DNA of 64,000 bases from an uncultured Nitrososphaeria archaeon. GTDB lineage: Archaea > Thermoproteota > Nitrososphaeria > Geothermarchaeales > JDFR-13. Each line of letters opens with the position of its first letter. The stretch's first letter is position 1. Below, one piece after another: positions 60,491 to 64,000 of this stretch. Under the pieces are notes generated by a model. It saw only the letters and a program-made list of their open reading frames with translations. It was not told the origin of the DNA and made no database searches. The translations under genes were made by a program, and so were the position numbers. The stretch lies in contig CAYTHX010000007.1 of NCBI GenBank assembly GCA_964437705.1, forward strand, positions 2,350 to 66,349, in the 5' to 3' direction.

Positions 60491-60943
60491 TTACTCTATT
60501 TTCGCAACTACCGTCTTGTATCTCCAGTCCTTAGGTAACCTACCAACACGTTTATAATATTTAGCTAAGTTATGTATTTTTGCTTCAATAAGTTCAAGAG
60601 CATGTTTATTCTTATAATCCTTTTTATGAACTCTTAAGTGATTAATCAGTCTCTTAGCTTTCTCTAGTAGTCTAGCAAGATCTTCGGGATATTCGTATTT
60701 GATACCCTTTTCCTCAAGGAATTTTACTAATTTCTTTCCCATTACCTGCTTAAATGTAGGAATTCCATATTCATCTCTTAATATCATTCCTATCTCTGAC
60801 GGATATTTCCCTTCTTTAGCAAGCTTAATAACGATTTCCTCAATCTCTTCAGGTGAGTATTTAACCCATTCTGGACGCTTTAAAATAGGTGGTCTTTTTG
60901 AATGTGATTTCCCTTTTCTCCTTGTATGCATCCTTGCCATCAA
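60491..60943 (-). CDS. rps15: 30S ribosomal protein S15/S13e
   Basis: MARMHTRRKGKSHSKRP, LRDEYGIP, EAKIHNLAKYYKR. Confidence 0.97.
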   Translation of the reverse strand: MMARMHTRRKGKSHSKRPPILKRPEWVKYSPEEIEEIVIKLAKEGKYPSEIGMILRDEYGIPTFKQVMGKKLVKFLEEKGIKYEYPEDLARLLEKAKRLINHLRVHKKDYKNKHALELIEAKIHNLAKYYKRVGRLPKDWRYKTVVAKIE

Positions 60944-60990
60944 TCTTCACCCAACGCAACTACCAAATGTTTCATTCAAAAATCTTTTTC

Positions 60991-61584
60991 TCACTTCTTA
61001 ATAAAAGTATATGAATCCTTATTAAATGATTCCATTGAGACAAGGTATTTTATAAGTTTTTTCACTGCCTTTCCTCTGTGCGAAACCTCATTTTTCTTTT
61101 CAATCGGCATTTCAGCCAACGTTTTTTGATATCCCTCAGGAATAAATATAGGGTCGAAGCCAAAACCAAATTCTCCTTTTTCACTATGAGAGATGAATCC
61201 CCTCACTTTCCCCGAAAATATTTTTATGATATTTTTTTGTATACAACATGCAATTACACATAAAAACTCTGCTTCTCTATTAACTGTATTCTCTAACAAC
61301 TTCAGGATTCCTTTATTACCGATTTTATTATAAATATAGCTTGAGTATGGTCCTGGGAATCCTCCTAATGAATGTATAAATAGTGCTGAGTCCTCGACTA
61401 AGAATGGGGGTTGAATCATCGTAAGTGCATCGATAGCTTTATAGATAACTACTTCATGAATATACTCGGATTGTATTTCCATAGGATTATACTTTATCCA
61501 TACTGATTTAATATCAAACTGTTCAAGTATTCTTTTAATCTCATCATATTTGTGATTATTACTAGTAACAATTTTTATCTCCAT
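60991..61584 (-). CDS. rdgB: Non-canonical purine NTP pyrophosphatase (Ham1/RdgB)
   Basis: TSNNHK, VEDSAL, GFPGPYS, GFGFDPIF, KNEVSHRG. Confidence 0.95.
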   Translation of the reverse strand: MEIKIVTSNNHKYDEIKRILEQFDIKSVWIKYNPMEIQSEYIHEVVIYKAIDALTMIQPPFLVEDSALFIHSLGGFPGPYSSYIYNKIGNKGILKLLENTVNREAEFLCVIACCIQKNIIKIFSGKVRGFISHSEKGEFGFGFDPIFIPEGYQKTLAEMPIEKKNEVSHRGKAVKKLIKYLVSMESFNKDSYTFIKK

Positions 61585-62243
61585 ACTCTCTCCTCTTTTG
61601 GTATATATCTACCCATTCTTCTAATTCTCTCAAATTCTCTTAATACGTCACAACCATAACTAAAGTTATTAAGATAAATTTCTTTAAATATCTCGAAGAA
61701 CTCGTTATATATTCTTGTATGTGTAGATTCTAGCACTCTATAAAGTAATTCGAGGTCTACAGCCATTTCCTCTATCTTAGTGGTAACTGCAGATAACCCA
61801 AAGTCTATCAGGTAAAGCTTATGGTCTGGTGACAGTATTACATTTGATGTTGTTAAATCACCGTGCACGATATTTAAGTTATGCATTTTAGCAACTATCC
61901 TGCCTAGCTCCTTAGCAATCCATTTATAGTTTTCAAGGTTTATAGTATCCCTTACGATAACTCCTGATAATTTCTCCATAATAAACGCGTTATTCTCTAT
62001 CAAAATGTGAAATACTCTTGGTACATTAACGCCATATCTTCTAAGTTTCAGCATAACTGTTACTTCTCTAATAGTTCTCTCCTTGCGAATATATCTATCT
62101 AGTGCTTCAATACGGTAGGGCTTTGGTTTTCTCCATTTCAAAATTGCTTTTCTCCCTAGGAAATTGATCTCGTAGAGATCTGATTCCGCTCCTCTATAGA
62201 TAAATTTCGCATTAGATAGTATTTCCTCTAGCATTTTCTCCAT
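61575..62243 (-). CDS. bud32: KEOPS kinase Bud32
   Basis: RGAES, HGDLTTSN, IDFGL, AVDLELL. Confidence 0.95.
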   Translation of the reverse strand: MEKMLEEILSNAKFIYRGAESDLYEINFLGRKAILKWRKPKPYRIEALDRYIRKERTIREVTVMLKLRRYGVNVPRVFHILIENNAFIMEKLSGVIVRDTINLENYKWIAKELGRIVAKMHNLNIVHGDLTTSNVILSPDHKLYLIDFGLSAVTTKIEEMAVDLELLYRVLESTHTRIYNEFFEIFKEIYLNNFSYGCDVLREFERIRRMGRYIPKEERVWR

Positions 62244-63244
62244 GGTACCTCCTCTCTTTCAATTCTAACCCTTTGTTTTATAATTGCTTTGCTTGGTTCT
62301 GTAGGTGGATATCCAGATTTATAATATAATAATCCTACAATGGCAATCTGTATGCCATTATCAGGATTGTATCGACTTTCTAACCTATGGACGCCAACCA
62401 TGTGTTGTTCGCCCATTTTTTTCATCATTTCAAGCAATCTGTTATTCGGAGCTACTCCACCCGCTATAATAATATCCCTTTTCTTTAATTGAACCAATGC
62501 TCTTTCACACGCCTCAACTAATGCTGAAAAGGCGGTTTCCTGAAGAGAGTAGCATACATCCTCTAGTGGGTATTTCCTCAGCATATCTATGGCATATGTT
62601 AAAAGTCCTGAGTAAACAATATTGTTACCTTTAACAGCGTAAGGCATTTCGATATACCTCTTTCCCTTTCTGGCTATTTCCTCAATTTTAGGCCCCCCTG
62701 GAAATGGAATTCCTGCTTCCCTAGCAAAAGAATCTAGTAAGTTTCCTAATGTTATATCTAGAGTCTCGCCATATACTCTCCATCTACCTTCACTAAAACC
62801 TAAAATTGCAGTATGTCCTCCTGAAACTAACACAACCATAGGGTCATTAATTCCTAAAAGTTGACAAGCAAGTTCAACGTGGCCTAATCCATGATGAACA
62901 GGATAAAGAGGAATATCATAGTAGGCAGCTAAGAATCTTGATATTGTGGCTCCAATTCTAAGGCATGGGCCTAATCCTGGTCCATATGAATACGCAATTG
63001 CAGATATATCTTCCAGAGATATTTTTGCTGTACTTAATGCCTCCTTAACTGCCTTAGCCGCAATTTTTGAGTGATGTTCAGCAGCTTCTCTTGGCTCGAT
63101 ACCCATACTTCTGCGTGGTCTATAGATATATCTTATATCAGCTAATATCTCAAAATTCTCGTTAACTATGCCGACTGCAAATGTATGTGCGGTTGACTCT
63201 ATCCCCATTATATAGTTCATCACAGTATTCCCAATAATGAACAT
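62228..63244 (-). CDS. kae1: KEOPS t6A synthase Kae1/TsaD
   Basis: GIESTAHT, GPGLGPCL, HHGLGH, LVSGGHT, GETLDITLGN, DNG. Confidence 0.96.
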   Translation of the reverse strand: MFIIGNTVMNYIMGIESTAHTFAVGIVNENFEILADIRYIYRPRRSMGIEPREAAEHHSKIAAKAVKEALSTAKISLEDISAIAYSYGPGLGPCLRIGATISRFLAAYYDIPLYPVHHGLGHVELACQLLGINDPMVVLVSGGHTAILGFSEGRWRVYGETLDITLGNLLDSFAREAGIPFPGGPKIEEIARKGKRYIEMPYAVKGNNIVYSGLLTYAIDMLRKYPLEDVCYSLQETAFSALVEACERALVQLKKRDIIIAGGVAPNNRLLEMMKKMGEQHMVGVHRLESRYNPDNGIQIAIVGLLYYKSGYPPTEPSKAIIKQRVRIEREEVPWRKC

Positions 63245-63284
63245 AAAAGAACGATTAATCTAATATATTGTTGATGACTGATTT

Positions 63285-63698
63285 ATGAGGTGCGAAATTA
63301 ACCTAATAGTTCATGCTACTGAAGATGAAAACAAAATACTAGACAAGCTATTTGGAGTTCTAAAGATCGATGAGAATACTGTATCAGTTACTAAAAGATC
63401 AATATCTGGTCATTTCGGTAATCCTATAGAATATTATATAATCTCCATAAAGAGAAATGTCATGTCCATATTGGAAAGAATTATTAGTAACCTAGATTCT
63501 GTAGATAAGATTGAACTCACAGAGCATTTAGATGATTACTTAGAGGGGAGTAAGCTATATCTAAGGCTGGACAAGCAAGCAATATGCACTGGCGAAATAC
63601 GTTTATCCTCAATAGATGCTATTAGGCTATTATTCAGAGGTGTAAAGAGAGAGAAAATTAAAAAGTTGCTTCAGGGGAATGCAGATGATAACATGTGA
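63285..63698 (+). CDS. DUF54 family RNA-binding protein
   Basis: VHATEDENK, GHFGNPI, LYLRLDKQA. Confidence 0.88.
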   Translation: MRCEINLIVHATEDENKILDKLFGVLKIDENTVSVTKRSISGHFGNPIEYYIISIKRNVMSILERIISNLDSVDKIELTEHLDDYLEGSKLYLRLDKQAICTGEIRLSSIDAIRLLFRGVKREKIKKLLQGNADDNM

Positions 63699-64000
63699 CC
63701 TATACGTATGTGTCAACATGGAGAATTATCGTGAAATTATTGATAAATTACGCTACAATGGATATAAAATTTTAGGAATATATATGGATAGTACGCAAAA
63801 TAGACAACTATGGTCAAAGATTCAAGAATATACTCAGTCAAGCGAAATGAAGATATATAGAAAAAATATAATCAATAATGTAGAGAGCTTAAAAAGAGGT
63901 ATACTTAAAGAAAGAAATAGGGAAATTTCATCAATTTCCTTATCAATAATAGGTAAAGTGGAAAAACGAATACTTGAGAAAATAAAAATAGTAACTATTG
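63679..64000 (+). CDS. Partial ORF running off the window; possibly a divergent RNase P subunit Rpp30
   Basis: Open frame MQMITCDLYV...; overlaps the DUF54 3' end. The Rpp30 call rests mainly on the conserved DUF54-rnp3 gene order. Confidence 0.4.
   Translation, partial: MQMITCDLYVCVNMENYREIIDKLRYNGYKILGIYMDSTQNRQLWSKIQEYTQSSEMKIYRKNIINNVESLKRGILKERNREISSISLSIIGKVEKRILEKIKIVTI

Noticed and set aside
880-61263. Numerous short antisense or nested ORFs in the track (e.g. 880..1074, 6450..6746, 18870..19163, 25630..26055, 46878..47252, 59102..59608)
   Set aside because: They are shadows of well-supported genes, with Ser/Leu/Ile/Phe-rich translations typical of antisense frames and no recognisable motifs.
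63271-63281. TTGATGA-CTGA resembling C/D box sRNA motifs
   Set aside because: The C and D boxes are directly adjacent with no guide region; it lies in the kae1/DUF54 divergent promoter.
1-64000. CRISPR arrays, IS elements/transposases, integrases, inteins
   Set aside because: No regularly spaced direct repeats or terminal inverted repeats were seen, and the large proteins (IleRS, Cdc48, Hef, XPD) have normal lengths with no intein motifs.

Overview
Low-GC, densely coding archaeal chromosomal window. The lineage is most consistent with TACK/Thermoproteota, for example a Geothermarchaeota/Aigarchaeota-like thermophile; this assignment is inference only. It is almost entirely core machinery. 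Translation and transcription: ileS, aIF2a, several r-proteins, TFS, Rpo4/11, Csl4, aCPSF1, SRP54, hisS, KEOPS. Replication and repair: PriS/PriL, GINS, PCNA, FEN1, XPD, Hef, RecJ/Cdc45-like. Proteostasis: PsmB, PAC2, Hsp20, Cdc48, FKBP. Archaeal lipid synthesis: EgsA, DGGGPS, GGR-like. N-glycosylation: AglB. I found no CRISPR array, transposase, intein or provirus. The most notable observations are: (i) all six tRNA genes carry introns, five of them at non-canonical positions (21/22, 24/25 twice, 29/30, 30/31) with bulge-helix-bulge structures, and all five share a CCCTA/TAGGG pentamer; a non-catalytic splicing-endonuclease subunit is also present; (ii) a small membrane protein resembles eukaryotic OSTC/DC2, and the AglB is STT3-like; (iii) three apparent pseudo-enzymes: a DRG GTPase without G motifs, a truncated Pus10 without its catalytic motif, and a RadB-like protein without Walker A; (iv) a probable CTG start codon for tfs. 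The first ~800 bp look like pseudogene debris.
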